Counted from the stretch's first letter, positions 1 to 15,384 are shown. The stretch: DNA of 64,000 bases from Stegostoma tigrinum (GCF_030684315.1 NC_081380.1:25293951-25357950), one strand, 5' to 3'. Numbers and translations: made by a program. The notes: generated by a model not told the origin, from the letters alone.

Positions 1-3000
1 CAGCCAGAACAGAAGCAGAGGATGGGTTTCATGGATGGGATGAGGTCAGACAGACCATGAGGGGCAATAAGATGGCGCAAGAGAATGAGGTGAAGTCAGG
101 GCCAGACCAGTGGGAAACTAAAGCTAGTTTAACTAGGTGGCCTACTGAAAAGGAGCAATGTGGCAGAGACAGCTGAATGGCTGGTCTTGGTCGTAGTGAT
201 AAAGAAGACCAAAAACCCCATGCGCATATTGTTAAAGATATGAATGGAGGGGATGATGAAAAGGGGTTTCAGAAAATTGAAGAAGGGAAAAGATACCTGG
301 GTTTATCTTTGCATTGATCCCGGGACAGTATGTAGTTTTAGCAGATGAGAAGTCGGAGCCCATGGTGTTGAATTTGTCAATTGATGCTAAAGCAATTGCC
401 CATCAGAGCTGAGTACTGTGCCAGGAAACAGGCAATGTCAAACAGAATAATGGTCATTTTGGATGTCAGGCATTAACGATAGAATTTGAGTAAATCGGTA
501 GCTGCAGAAGTGTTGTGACTAGCGGAGAGCCAAAGCTGATTTTTGGGATTTGGTGAGTGCAATTTTAAGTGAATTTGGAAAATTTTTTTTGTACTGCTGA
601 GTAAAACATGAGTTATGGTTGGGGGAATAGAAGGAGTTGAAGGAGGATAGTTGTGCAAGGAAAATCAGAGATGGCCATATGTATAGCTCATACAATAGGG
701 GGAATATTATAGGGATCTGAGTGACGAGGGCTACATAAAATGTTTAGCAGAATTGGCAACAAGATACATTTCATCGTCAGGAGTAACCCATGCTATCTCT
801 TATACTTCTCACAAACGGTGTGACGAGATTCTCACTAGACAGTGAGAGTGAGGCCAATTTATGGGGATTTACGCTTGTTAGATGATTTGTTAATGCTGCA
901 ACTTGCCTCTTTAATATTGAAACTTCTATATTATTTATCTCACTAAACAACTTAAGTGTTTGGAAAAGTTTGACAAGGAAACCAGAGTAAGCACTTCGCA
1001 AATTTAGCACACCGTTTGTTCCAAACAATATCTAATTTGAAATTGGGCACCGACATCTCAGGGTGCGCTACATGGATGCTGACTACATGCATTCGACATT
1101 CATGAACATTGGCATCCAACATGTGTCAGCCTCTAAGAATTTTCATGGAACATCTCCGAACCACTTGCAGGATGTTTCTGCACTTCAGCGTTGCTGTAAT
1201 GCTGCAGCAATGACACTGTGTGCTCAGGAATACGCACCCAGCTCATGGGCTGGACCAGACTGCATCTCTGTACTTGCTGTTACAGTGCACGTTCATTCAC
1301 CCCACCTTGCATTGCCTTAGCTTGCTGTTTCACGCCTGACCTTGAGACAGAGATACCAGGCTCCTATTGCTGCATTCTTGCTTGTTTCTGCCTACTGTGG
1401 GCTGTTTTCCTCGTGGAATGAGACAGAGGCAGTTATTACAGAAGATGAAAGTGGGTGTTACAGTTATTGTGGTGGTGGTGGTGGGGGCGTAGGTTCCTTA
1501 ACGATTGAGTAGGCAGCATTGAGGGCATGCAGTGTTAGTGATGTTGGTGAGGGTGAACGAGGGAGGATGTTTCAGGCAGTAGTGAAAGTGGTAGAGCATG
1601 AGCCTTCATGGGAGGTGGAAAAGGTAGCTAAGATAGAGTGAATGTGTGGTATCGGAAAGCAGATGGTGGCGGAGAGGGTAGTGGAGTCAGCCTCATTAGG
1701 GCAATTTAAGCGGCTACTAGATAGGCACATAGATAATAGTATAAGGTAGGGGTGGACGTTAGATAGATCCTAGGTTTAGGGTAAAAGTTCAGCACAACAT
1801 CATCGGCTGTGCTGTACTGTTCTATGTTCTATGTTCTATGTTCTAGTAACACCAGGGCAGTGGGGCAAACCATTAACTTTCTTCCTACACTGACGGGCAT
1901 TCCTGTACATAGCATGCACTGCTTTGCACTCGCTGGCACTCTCAGACCAGGTTGGCATATCTGGTGTTAAGGTCTCCACTGATGTTCCTGGGGGGAGAGA
2001 AGTCATGTGCACTCATGCACCATGTCCTGTATGATCTCCAGGAACTGCCTGCAAAGCAGGGCACTGATTTCCTTCTTTACTCTGTCTGGAGCAAATGGCT
2101 TCATCTATACGGTGCAGCTCAGGACTGACAGTGTTTATCCAGGGCTTTCAAAGATAGAATGGGTGCAGGTGAAGCCAATGAATTCAGGGTTATCCACTGA
2201 GTGGTGAGCCGTTCCACTGTGTGGTAAAATGGGGCAGAATTTGGATGTGAGATGCCAAGTAGGTAATTAACGAGGGAAGTTTGTGATGATGGGGCAAGAA
2301 ATGCACTAGGCTTCGCAGCAAGAAATCCTCCATAAAACCTAATGCAATTCAGAATTAGCAAGACATTGTAACCCGATTGAATTAGCGAGACTGTGAGATA
2401 CCACAGTGCTTGTGAATATGTGTTGAGGTTGTTTCCATGATTGAGGATAGGAAGGCAGTGGATTTAGAGAGTACAGTTCAATGAGTTGAAATAGAGGTTG
2501 CAAAAAACAGGTTCCATACTAAAATGGAACATTTTTTTCAAAAGTAAAACAGTTTTGATGAAAGATATCTCCTGTTATCCTGACAATGAACAAAATGTCT
2601 ATTCTGTAAAGTCTCCTCATGAAAACTTAAAAATTCTAATGCAGCATTATTGATTAAAAGCTCTGTACATGTGTCTGTGGTGAATGTACTCACTATAGTG
2701 ACTACTGTCGAATCACAAATCAACTCCAACATTAATCTCTGTTAGGATGCATTCCCTTGAGGTGACACCTAGAGAGTAGGACAGCGTTTGCGAACAGTGG
2801 GCATGTCATTCTCCATTATATAAATTGACCATCTGAACCAGTCTGCTCTGCTGGTCCATTTGGCCAGAAAGGTCTCCTTTTCCTCAATATTCTGTAACCC
2901 TATCTGCACAGTCTTCTGTTTTGTTTTCTGCGTGTACACATAGTTTCCCCTGTTGAGGCATCGTCAGAAATCATGAAAGATAACAGCCCATCTGAGAACT

Positions 3001-3989
3001 GAGACCAATTATGGAGAGTTCACATGCTCCACCATGTTTTAGATTTTTCAGATTCAGTAACTGACTGTAAAACAAGATAAAACCACAGATACAGGAGCAA
3101 AATTAGGCCATTCAGTCCATCAGGTCCACTCGATCATTTGATCATGGCTGATCTGTTTCTCAACTGTATTCTCCTGCCATTTCCCCATAACCCTTGATCC
3201 CCTTACTAATCAAAAACTTATCTCTATCTTAACTGCACTCAATGACATGGCCTCCACAGCTCTCTGCAGCAATGAGTCAAAAGATTCACCAATCTTTGGC
3301 TGAAGAAATTCCTCCTCAACTCAGTTCTAAAGAGCTGTTCCCTTCACACTGAGGCTATGCCCTGGGTTCTATCTCTTACAACACTGCGTTGTTCCCTTAT
3401 TCTTGTTTCTTGATTACTTTTTGTAGCCCATTTGACAATCAACAATTAATCTTATTTACTTTACTGCCATCTCCAGCCACTTCATCCAGTTTCATGTCAC
3501 CTTTCCCAGTACTCTCTTCGGTTATAACTGGACCTGAAACATTAAATCTGATTTCTCTTCACAGATGCTGCCAGACCTAGTGTGCTTTTCTAACTACTTT
3601 TGTTTCAGCTATTGTACAAAATGGTTTTTGGGCATCAGTCTACTGATCGCTGCAGAGCACTTGTGCAAAATGCTTATTGATTTCATTCAGGGACTGTGTC
3701 AGACCCACGATCTTTCGGCAGAATTGGGACAGGTAATAAATTTAATAGATTTTAGGCGAGAAAGATGGTGAGGCGGTGGAGTGAGAGAAGGTGGGAAAAA
3801 CGCACAGAAGTGGGGTCTGTGATTAGGTAGAAGATAGAAGAGACTAAATGATGAAAAGGTTCATGACGGAGGACCAGAGGAACTGGTTATGCAACACCCA
3901 AAGAAAACAAAATGTATCCGGGGGCACTGTGACTGGCAGAATAATGATCAGCTGCTGTTTACAACCAAAATGAAGAGAAAAATCAGAGA

Positions 3990-4270
3990 TGGCAGCACAG
4001 TGGTAATGTTACAGGTCTGGTAATCCAGAGGCTCAGGCTAATACTTTGGAGCACAGGTTCAATTTCCACCACAGCAGCTGGTGAAATTTCAATTCTGCTA
4101 ATATTCTGGTTACAGAAGGAAATCTGCTATCCTTGCCTGGTCTGACTCCAGACCTAAAGCAATGTGTCTGACACTTAACTACCTTCTGAAATGGCCTAAT
4201 AAGTACTGTGTTGAAAGGAATTAGGGATAGGCAACAAATGCTGATCTTGCCTACATTCCATTTAATAAAA
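3990..4270 (+). mobile_element. Old tRNA-headed SINE-like repeat
   Basis: ggcagcacagtggtaa head, ggttcaatttcc B-box-like, AT-rich tail; related tail sequence reversed near 4700-4830 and 13580-13800. Confidence 0.5.
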
Positions 4271-6744
4271 ACAGTAAAATGCTAAGAAAATGTAAACAAA
4301 GTGATGAGCCCGTTTGTGAATTCAGCAGATTGTAAAATGCCAAATCAACAGATAATGTGCCATCTCATGCTCTTATATTGGATATCATTGGAACCCACAA
4401 GAGGCCAAGGACAGAGAGGTCAGTGTGACCAAGGTGAAGAATGTCCAAGGATAATTCGCACTCATTCCATGAGGTCTTTTATAGTCATTAAAATTGCAGA
4501 CAGGGCTTTGGTTTACCATTTCATCTGAAAGGCAACATTCCCTCAGTGTTATTGTCTAGTAAGCTCTGGGAGGGACATTTGAGGACAAGTAGAACTAGTA
4601 AACAGGGAATGGTATCGGGTATGCAAATTGATGGAAGTTGCGTAAGAACTTTACTGCATGTATATGTACATGTTAGTTCCCGTGCTGGGTGTGGGTGTTC
4701 AGGCTGACCAGCATATAATGCCCATCCCTAATTGCCTTTGAGAAGGTGGTGGTGAGCTGTTTTTTCAAACTGCTGAAATCCATGAGCTATAAGTAGACCC
4801 ACAATGCTGTTAGAGAGTAGATTCTAAAGGAATATGTAATGTTGGATGGAATTGTATATGTCCAAATTGAAACAAAACTTTGACCAGAACAGCACACATG
4901 TAGACTCTGCCTAACCAAGTTTTTAACTGCTGGTTTGTATCACTCAGTACTGCACTGGAGTATCAATCTTGATCTCTACAATCAGGTTCTGGAGCGGAAC
5001 TTAAACCGATAACCTTTTGACTCTGAGGGGAGAACCTGCTGACACATCGAAGGCTGACAACGGAGCATTTGAATGGCATAGTCCTTTCAATACCAAGTTT
5101 GTGTGTAGCCAAAATAGATTAGTTGTTAGAACTCATACTAATCAGAAAAACTGTCAAATAAATCAAAAAACCTCTAACTTACTGTTACATTATCAGCAAA
5201 AACATAATAACAAAAAATGCAAGACTTCATACTGCCACAGACTCTAAGTTGTTGTAAGATTTGCAAATTTGAGACACCAAAATTTATCAGGGATGTCGGA
5301 AAACCACAGAGCACCTTTTGAATTTTTTTACATGATAAGGTTACTGCTGATTGATTCTAACATACATTTTAAGACAAATTGAAGATTCTTAATTTATTCA
5401 ACTTGATTAAAATTAGCAAATTCCAAGCCATTATCTGATAAATGCAAATATTCGATTTATTATATGTTATTACATTTGAGTGAAATGAAAATCTAATGTA
5501 AAATGCAGCAGCAGCAGCAATCAAGGAGTCAAATTCCTGAAATAATTCTTTTCTTAATCTGTTATTTGGTGGCCAGTCTTAGTATACAATTAAAATATAA
5601 AATAAGCATGTCTAAAGAAGATCAAACTAAACTCAGTTGCCACAAATGCCTGTAACAATGTTTCTTCACACTTCTGTTCTCTCAGTTACCTGATTTTGTA
5701 CACCTCCATAAGCAGTTGTTTTGTCAGGCCTTGACTTTCTTTTTGTGCATGTTCAACCTTAATCTTTTCTGCTCATCATATGTGCAGTGCAGTTCTGAAC
5801 AAACTTTTGTGCTTTGGAAAATGAAATTTATGCGTTTCTTTTATGGCGACTGAGTTGTGCAACATCCCAGTAATGAGGTGAAGCACACCACGTTAGTGTA
5901 CTGGCAGTGAGTACAAACCGGTCTATCCAACTTTAATTCAGAATATACTGCAATTACAACCAGCTGAAAGCTTTGGCCACACTGCCTAAATAACATTTGC
6001 CAGTAACTTCCTCAGTTGTTGTGAGGGAAAATGAGGGAAAACGAATGAAATGATCTGTAATTTGACTGCACCTTATCTAATGCTTGTTAAAAGAAATAAT
6101 TTTTCCTCACTTTTTTTAAAATCATGAATGCTGAAATGATATCATCTGCCCTTGAAATCTAGTAATGTTCGACCAGAACGTTACATTTTGAACCATGGCT
6201 CTGTACAGAATCATTTTTGACAGCAGGAGAAAATATCCTTGCGATTGCACCAGATACCAGGGATAGAGGATAGCTGATATCTCAGACTTGTGAGGTTGGA
6301 GAAGGTTACGGAGATAAGGAGGGGCAAAATCTGGAGCAATTTGAAAACAAGGATGAGAATTTCAAAATCACGACATTGCTGGATTGGCAGCTAATGTGGC
6401 TCAGTGAACATTTCAGTTTTAGGACAAGGAATCTTGGGACGATCTCAAGTTAACAGCAAATGTGTGAAACAATCCAGAAACCAGTAAAATAGCTGACATT
6501 TCTCAGCACTGTCATTGCGCAGATAGTATGCAGGAGAGCTGAAAGTAGCCCCCGATAGGTTACCGAGCAACTGTGCAGAAAATGGATCACAGCAGCATCC
6601 ATTTGTAGGCCCTGACTTTATAGAAGTAAAGACAATCTCAGTAGTAATTAGAGCAGTGAGTCCTCAATTTCCAAAACTTTCAGCTGATTCAGCGCCACAC
6701 AACTTTATCCAGCTAGAACGCAGTTGTATAGTTCCAAGCCAAAC

Positions 6745-9228
6745 CATACTGCTCACGTTTGGATGTTGAGCAGTTTTTCTGCCGCCACCACCTCCGTGCT
6801 TACTTCTTTAACCTTGAGCCTAACCCTCCCCCTACTGACTCCTTCTCCTGCCTACAACAAAACCCCTCCCCCTGAACACCACCCCAAGGTCTCCTACCCT
6901 CCCTCGACCTCTTCATCTCCAACTGCCATTGAGACATAAATCGCCTCAACCTCTCCACCTCTCTTACCCACTCCAACCTCTCCCTCACAGAACGTGCAGC
7001 CCTCTGCTCCCTCCGCTCCAATCCCAACCTCACACTAAACCCGCGGACAAGGGAGACGCAGTTGTAGTATGGCATACTGACCACTACATCGCCGAGGCCA
7101 GATGCCTGCTATCTGCCACTTCCTCCTACCGCCCCCTTGACCATGACCTCATCCCTGACCACCAAACCATCATCTCTCAAACCATCCACAACCTCGTCAC
7201 CTTGGGTGACCTCCCATGTGCAGCCTCCAACCTCATTGTTCCCTAACCTCACACCACCTGCTTCTATCCCCTTCCCAAAATCCACAAACCTGTCTTCCCT
7301 GGTTGACCCATTGTCTCTGCCTGCTCCTGCCACACTGAACTCATCTCCACCTGTCTCAACTCCATTTTCTCCCCTTGGTCCAGGGACCCACTACCTACGT
7401 CCATGAACCACCCACACCTTCCACCTCCTCTAAAACTTCCAATTCCCTGGTCCCAAACACCTCATCTTTACCATGGACATTCAGTTCCTTTACACCTGCT
7501 TTCACCATGCGGATGGCCTAAAAGCCCTCCGCTTCTTCCTGTCCCACAGGCCCGACCAGTCCCCCTCCACTGACACCCTCATCCACTTAGCCAAACTCAT
7601 CCTCACTCTCAACAACTTCTCTTTCAATTCCTCCCACTTCCTACAGACAAAGGGGTTGGCCGTGGGTACCCGCATGGGCCCCATCTATGCCTGCCTCATT
7701 GTAGGTTACGTGGAATAATCCCTCTTCGAGACCTACACTGGACCTAAACCCCACCTCTTCCTCCGTTACACTGATGACTGTATTGGTGCCACCTCGTGCT
7801 CCCATGAAGAGCTCAAACAGTCCATCCACTTCACCAACACCTTTCACCCCAACCTGGACCATCTCTGAGACCTTTCTTTCCTTCCTGCACCTCTCTGTTT
7901 CTATCTGTGGGAACCACCTGGAAACTAATATCCATTTCAAACCCAACAACTCCCACAGCTACCTAGAATACAACTCCTCCCACCCACCTTCCTGCAAAAA
8001 TGCCATTCTCTATTCCCAATTCCTCCGCCTCCACCGCATCTGCTCCCACGATAAGGCATTCCACTCCCGCACATCCCAGATGTCCTCGTTTTTCAAGGAC
8101 CACAATCCACCCCCCCAAGTGGTCGAGAATGCCCTTGACCATGTCTCCCGCATTTACCACAACTCATCCCTCACACCCCCTCCCCGCAATAACAACCAAA
8201 ACAGAATCCCTCTTGTCCTCAAGTACCACCCCACCAACCTCCAGATCCAACGCATCATCCTCCAACACTTTGGCCATCTGCAATCCAAACCCACCACCAA
8301 AGACATTTTTCCCTCCCCACCCTTATCTGCTTTCTGGAGGGACCACTCTCTCAGTAACTCCCTTGTCTGCTCCACACTCCGCTCCAGCCCCACCACACCC
8401 GGTACTTTTCCCTATAACCACAGGAAGTGCTACACCTGCCCCTACACCTCAACCCCAAACCAGGCCCCAAGAAGACTTTTCACATCAAGCAGATGTTTGC
8501 CTGCACATCTGCCAATGTGGAATACTGTATCCACTGTTCTTGTTGTGGCCTCCTCTACATCGGGGAAACCAAGCGGGGGCTTGGGGACCACTTTGCAGAA
8601 CACCTACACTTGGTTCACACTAAACAACTGCATCTCCCAGTCGCAAACCATTTTAACTCCCCCTCCCATTCTTCAGACAACATGTCCATCCTGGGCTTCC
8701 TGCAGTGCCACAATGATATCACCCGAAGGTTGCAGGAACAGCAACTCATATTCTGCTTGGGAACCCTGCATTCCAATGGTATCAATGTGGACTTCACAAG
8801 CTTCAAAATCTTCCCTTCCCCCACCGCATCCCAAAACCAGCCCAGCTTGTCCCTGCCTCCCTAGCCTGCTCTTCCTCCCATCTATCCCCTCTTCTCACCT
8901 CAAGCCCCACTCCCATCTCCTACCTACTAGCCTCATTCTGCCCCTTTGACCTGTCTATCCTCCCTGGACTAACCTATCACCTCCCTAACTCCCCACCTAC
9001 ACACACCTTTACTGGCTTCATCCCCACCTCTTTGACCTGTCTGTCACCTCTCCACTTTTTTTCTCCTCTATCCATCTTCTATCCGCCTCCCCTTTCTCCC
9101 TATTTATTTCAGAGCCCCCCTTCCCCTCCCCCATTTTTGAAGAAGGGTCTAAGCCCAAAACGTCAGCTTTCCTGCTTTGATGCTGCCTAGCCTGCTGTGT
9201 TCACCTAGCTCTACAACTTGTTATGTTA
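6745..9228 (+). mobile_element. Penelope-like element, degenerate (RT + GIY-YIG endonuclease, C-rich 3' region)
   Basis: KPADKG, MDIQFLYT, GTRMGPIYA RT motifs; YIGETKRGLGDHFAEH GIY-YIG motif; many frameshifts; ends approximate. Confidence 0.88.
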
Positions 9229-9554
9229 TATCTGAAATACTGCATTGTTGAATTGAGATTTGACAGGACATGAGTCGGGCCATGGCATAATATACAATCA
9301 AAATGCCTAATGGTTACATTCATCATAATGGGTATCCACAGGAGAGGGGAATTCAATTCTTAAATGATGAAAACTCTTACCCATTGAGATTGATGTTGAG
9401 GAATGTGTTATATAAGGCAGGTTGTCATCATAGAGATTGTGCAATAGTGTCTAATTATGAAGATAAAATTGGAGAATCATTTAAAGCTAATAGAAATTAT
9501 AGGTACAGTGCCACAGGGACCAGTGTAAAAGCCTCAATTATTTACAATCAATAT

Positions 9555-10790
9555 CAATGACTTGGATGAAGGGAACAAATGTATGGTTGTTAAACTGGTT
9601 GATAACACAAAAGTAGTCAGGAAGTAAGTTGTGAAAAGGACATAAGAAGTCCGAGACAAAGGGATATAAATGGGTTAAGTGAGTGGACAAAAACTGGTAG
9701 ATGAATTATGATGTGGGAGTAGTGAACTTTTCCATTTTGGCTAGAAGAATAGAAAAGCGAAGTATTATTTAAATGGAGAGAGATTGCAGGATGCTGAGTT
9801 ACAGAGGGATCTGGGTGTCAGGTATATGAATCACAGAACATTAGTGTGCAGATATAGCAAGTGATTAAGAAGGTAAACAAAATGTCATTTATTGAAAGAA
9901 GAGTTGAGTATGTTTAGATTAGATTCCCTACAGTGTGGAAACAGGTTCTTCGGCCCAACAAGTTCACACTGCCCCTTGGAGCATCCCACCCAGACCCATC
10001 CCCCTATACCCCACACACCCCTGAACACTACGGGCGATTTAGCATGGCTGATCCACTGAGCCTGCACATCTTTGGACTGTGGGAGGAAGCCGGAGCACCC
10101 GGAGGAAACCCACGCAGACACAGGGAGAATTGCACACTCTGCACAGGCCGTTACCCGACGCTGGAATCGAACCCAGTTCCCTGGTGCTGTGAGGCTGCAG
10201 TGCTAACCACTGAGCCACCGTGCCACCCGTAAGGAGGAAAGTTTGGCTGCAGTTATCAGGGTGTTGCTCAGACCACATTCGGAATACTTGGTATAATTTT
10301 GGTCCTGTTACTTTGTAAAGGATATAACTGCATTGGAAGTAGTTCAGAGAAAGTTCATTTTGACTGATTTCTGGGAGAAAGGGGTTATTTTATCAGGAAA
10401 GTTGGGACAAGTCGAGTCGTTATCCATTGGAGTTTAGAAATATGAGAGATGATCTTATCGAAACAGAGATCGTGAGGACATTTGACAGGGTGGATGCTGA
10501 AAAGATCTTAGGGGAGAAACTTGAACTAGGGGATGCAGTTTAAAAATAATGAATTTTCTGTTTCAGATGGAAAGGAGGAGAAGTTTTTCTCTTACAGGTT
10601 CACTTGTGTGTACAGTTGTCATTTCCAGACAGGACATCGGAACGTTAAGTGTTTTTAAGGCTCTTCATTGAAAAGAAAATTCCATTCTGGAGAGTGGACA
10701 GTGATGAAGTCACAATCAGATTAGTCTTGATCTTATAAAATGACAGAGCAGACTTGAGGGGCTGAATGGCCTACTGTTGATTCTATTTCA
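9555..10790 (+). mobile_element. Old CR1-type LINE 3' fragment interrupted by SINE
   Basis: INDLDEG...DNTK-like and QRDLGV-like remnants; ggctgaatggcctact tail. Confidence 0.65.
9915..10229 (-). mobile_element. tRNA-derived V-SINE (HE1-like) nested in a CR1 relic
   Basis: On -: A box TGGCTCAGTGG, B box GGTTCGATTCC, V-domain GTGGGTTTCCTCCGGGTGCTCCGG..TCCTCCCACAGTCCAAAGA, (TCTAA)n tail. Confidence 0.85.
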
Positions 10791-11493
10791 GGTGGTCTGA
10801 AAACTTAACATTAAACTTAATTTTTTATATATTGTTCAGCAGTGACAGCAGAGTGGCTTGATTCTCTGAAGATTGTGCAATAGAGGATACTGAATGGTTA
10901 TCAGGGTTATACACAGCACCCACTGGAAAGCTGCATCATTAACCATGAAGCAAACCTTGACCAGTTTGCGACTCGAGTGAACTCAGCAATGTATTGCTGC
11001 CTGCAATTCGGAACTGACACCTTGAATGAAGAATTGCTGTAGTGAGAATGAAGCAAGATCATAAATGTAATCAAAAAGAGTGTTTATGAAGTTGTAACAC
11101 ATAGGCCATGGCAACTTATTCGCAGGATTGTTGATGCTGCAGCCAGTAAGTTTTAGAGTTTCTAATCATTTTGTTTTTAAGTTGGAGAACCCTGACAATG
11201 ACTTTTGGACTTGGCAAAAATCTGTTCCGATGGTGATGTAGTGTCTCACGGGGGCTTGTGTTATTTTAGATAGCGAGTTTATTATTTTAGGCTTCCACTG
11301 TTCAATACTGTGGCCGTCAAAAGATGCTGAATACCTCCTGTCAGCCATGGTATGAAACAGCTCCCATCCATGGGGAGCTATGTCAGTGATACAAACAGCA
11401 AAGATTGATCATTTTTATTTCTTTCATAACAGCGAATGAATTCTACCTCCCAAAGCAGCACTTTTACACTCTGCTGTTTGTCATGCTGTGCAG

Positions 11494-11642
11494 GTTGACA
11501 TTCTACTCATGACACAGCCACCCTCAGGAAGGTGGGCATATTTTGACACTGAGATCACCAGTAACAGTGGCAGGATCCTGTACACCATTCCAGATGGAAA
11601 GAAGCTCAGTGTTGGTGTTTATCCGGTGAAGATGGTTGTAAG
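11494..11642 (+). CDS. PITPNM3: PITPNM3 internal coding exon (first visible in window; VDILLMTQPPSGRW...GVYPVKMVV)
   Basis: tgtgcag| acceptor, ag|gtatat donor, 149 nt; translation closely matches recalled human PITPNM3 VDILVMAEPSSGRW...GVYPVKMVVR; phase 2 joins next exon. Confidence 0.93.
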
Positions 11643-14600
11643 GTATATCTATATATATTGCATGTATTCTTTTCTGAGTTGACCTTCACAGTTGACCTTT
11701 TGTGGTTTGAAAAGAACTTGAGTTATGTTCTGGCTGCTGTGAAATTATCTTGTTTGGCACTGTGTTAATGTGAGTCATTAAAATCTAGTGCGCGGGTTCA
11801 AAGCAATCAAACTCACCAAACAGACCTCACCTCAAGGTAATTGAAATACAGAAGTGTGAAGGTAATGTATCAGATGTTCAGATCCCACCTGGAGAATTGG
11901 TTTCATTTTGGGCATTGCATCTCAGCAATAAGATTTACATCAAAATTCACCATTATTAACATTGGGGCTCAAAGAGCTGAAGTAGGCAGAAAGGTTGCAT
12001 GAATTTAATCTGCATTCCATGCAGTTCAGAAGGTTTATCAGTGACAAAATTGTGGAGTTTAAAAGGGATTTGATAGAGTAGGCATCGAGAAACCAATTCC
12101 TCTAATTAGTAAGTCCAGAATGGGGATCAAGGTCTTGAAATTACCAACATTTCCAATAGCTGGGGTAGTCAGGAGTACTTTTCACAGAACAATAATCAAA
12201 TGCATTCTCCCAAAATGCTATAGGTGCTGGGGAAATTGAAATCTATAAGCCTGAAATTGACAGACTTTATTGAGGAATATAAAGATACAGTGGGTATATG
12301 TAGTTGTTGTAAAGATCAGTCAAAATGTAATATGGTGATGGTACCATGTAAAGATGTTGAAAGTTCTACCACTCCTCAATGTGGCAAACATATTATTTGT
12401 TACCTATATGTTGATGTGATTCAAAAGCACATATGAATTTTTATTAGTTAAATGTTAAAGTCATGGTAATTTGATCTTCATAGGCCTTTCTCTTTATAGA
12501 TGAGGAACTTAGAATGGAAATAGATCTGTGTAGAATATTAAGCTCAGCACAGACTATTTGTGCTGAATGGCCTGATTCTGTGTTGTATAGTGTGCAGAAT
12601 GCTGTGAAATGTAAATTGAGTTTACCTTTATACATTTGCCAAACTCTCTTTAAAAACTTCATGTTCTGTTGCCAATAACACACAGAAATATAATTGGAAA
12701 TATTGAAAATTAAATTTGAACCAATTCAACAGCAATTGAAGGTCTCTTGAACTCATTTTGTGAAGCTTGCAATGTCATTTTCAGATCAGTTCTCCTCCAA
12801 CTCCAGATGGCACTTGCACCTACTCTGCACAGCAGAGTATTATTTTAAAGTGCATGAAAATATTTAAGGTGTTTCTGTTGGAGCAGGAAATGAGCCATTT
12901 GAAGATATCTCAAAGGCAATATAATGTAACTGGAAACAGATTTGAAATCGTCCAGACATCTCAAGATATCATAAAAATGAATTGTGATATTCGTAAAATG
13001 CATTTGAAATATCCTGTCTGCTTTCTTGTCCTTGATTAAGAAGAGGAAGGAACAGCAGGGACTGTTGTTTCTGTCACTAGCAGGCCCTGCTACAATTAAC
13101 TTGTGTCAACACCAACATGCACAGAATCAGGAGTGGGTGCACTTTGATTCTCTGATTGGTTATTGAACCTTGCACACATGGGTTCACATATTAATGACAA
13201 TTGAGTTATGAATAGGCATGTGGATGATAGTATAAGATAAGGGTGGAGCTGAGATAGACCTGAGGTTTAGGGTAAAAGTTCAGCACCACATTGTGGGCCG
13301 ATGGGCCTGTACTGTGCTGTACAGATCTATGTTCTATGTTCTATGTTCTACCCCTGTGAAGACGAATAACATAAAAGAATTGAACTTCCCACATGCCTCA
13401 CTGTGGGGGAAAAAAAACACATTGGACAAGATTCCATGTTCTTAAGATCACTTTTACTTTAAAAGTCTAATCACAACCAACATAAATATGATTGAACAGG
13501 CTTTGGACATAAATCAAATGTGCATTTTCAACGGCTCACATAACTGAGATATAGATTAACAGCCAGGTTTTTGTTTAATTCATTTGTGGGATGACGGCAT
13601 GACTGTCTGGGTCAGCATTTCTTGCCCATTCCCCTAGTTGCCCTTGAGAAGGCTGTGGTGAGCAACCTTCTTGAACCACTGCAGACCACCTGCTGTTGAT
13701 TGACCCACAATGCCATTAGGGAGGGAATTCCAGGATTTTGACCCAGAGGCAGTGAAAGACTGGCAATGTATTTACAAGTCAGGACGGTGAGTGGCTTGTT
13801 ACAACACAGATAGATCTCATGAATTTACTGACAGTTCCCTTAGTACACATGAGACCATGTGCAGCTTTAAAAATCTTTTAAAATCTTCCTCAGCAGAGTT
13901 CAACTGATTTTCTTCCAGCATATTTGACCCTTAGATCACCTGCAGTTTTGGCTTTACTGTATTCCAGTTCCAGGAATACAGAGCTCAGCAGAAGGACACA
14001 TTCAGCTCACATCGGTGTTGATGCATGGAATTCCCAGAGGCCCTTTCCTCTCACCCCTCTTAAACACTCTGCTAAACCTTAGGGCCAGCTCTAGTTAAAC
14101 AAACATTCAAACGCTAGAAGTACTTTTATGTCACCTTTGTTGCTTCTAAACTTAGTCTTCAGTTTCCAGTGTTTGTCAGTGCTCTCAATCACAGCTCCTC
14201 AGCTTGTCTGTATTTTTCTGTTGGCTATTACTGAAAATGTATTTGTTTTTTTCTGCACAGCTTTTGTTTTCTTGTCAAGTGAATACTACAGCCTGATTTC
14301 TCAGGAGTCAGATATCTCTGGCAGGAATTCAGGGTTATAGCCACAACCCCCAAACCATGACAACTCCTGTTTTCCCCAGAAACCTGAAGTTTGATTTTTT
14401 TTTCAGTTAGGGATTGTGGGAAGGAAGTTCATAATATGTGATAGTTTGCAAACTTACTTCTGAAGTAGATGTAAATAGATGTTTTGGTTTCCAATTCTGT
14501 GAAGTTGACTTTCTCATAATGGTTAGAAATTCATTCTTTAGAAGAGAGAGTTTAAAAGAGTCTTCCCAAGTAAACCACTGACTTCAGTTAAATGCTTAGC

Positions 14601-15384
14601 AACTCCCGGGGGATAATTGCTGAGGTATTTACTAAGCTGACTTTTTGCAGTACAATTAATGATATTACACGGGAAGATCCCAACCATAGGTATCATTATG
14701 TATTTTGTGTAAAAATGGGGATAAAATAGTCATGTCTATCCCTTGATTTTTTTATTGTAAACAAAGGTAGCTCCCATTTAATACACTGCCTTTACAGTAA
14801 GGAGAACTGCACTTCTATAGTGGCTTTAGTTCTCAAGTAAGGAAGACATTTAAATTCAAGTTCATATTTTATTGCTTGGTTGCATTTTCACAACTGTTAG
14901 AAGTTCATTTGAAGTAGAAGTTTGCCAATTTCAGACTTATTTTTGATAAGGTTTTCTGATGTTAACTGTAGTTTTCTTTGGGCTGACAATATCAATAATC
15001 ATAAAGTTCACAACTACTGTTAGTGTTATTAAAGGAAATATGGTAATGTTTTAGTGTATTTCGACAAGGTTTTGTTTTTGTCATTTTTACATTTCAATAG
15101 TTGGAAGAACTAGGTCAGAAAAATACCATGTAGGTCTTGAAAACATGTTGTATATGGAACATTGATCAATTGAGCCACATTTAAACATTCCTCTATGAGG
15201 GACCTTTTCATCTGAATCCCAGGGGAACTAATCTATGTTGAGGAATGCTGATTTACAGTGATTAATCAGTGTAATCTGATTAATGAAATTTCATTATTAT
15301 GTACATCCAGATTTGATTGAACTTAATTGTACTCACCATACTTAAAGTGGTAATGTCTAATCCTTGAATTTTAATTCTACCTAG

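Noticed and set aside
1-2500. Old retroelement or DNA-transposon relics
   Set aside because: Composition suggests decayed repeats but no diagnostic motif could be read, so no family call made
7774-8949. 391 aa ORF as a host gene
   Set aside because: Chimeric reading across frameshifted Penelope RT/linker sequence
10150-10229. tRNA gene
   Set aside because: A/B boxes belong to a SINE head followed by V-domain; no full cloverleaf
1-11490. Further upstream PITPNM3 exon
   Set aside because: Could not find the expected GRFMYGPLDM-type exon by eye; region looks intronic and repeat-derived, so the exon probably lies before the window
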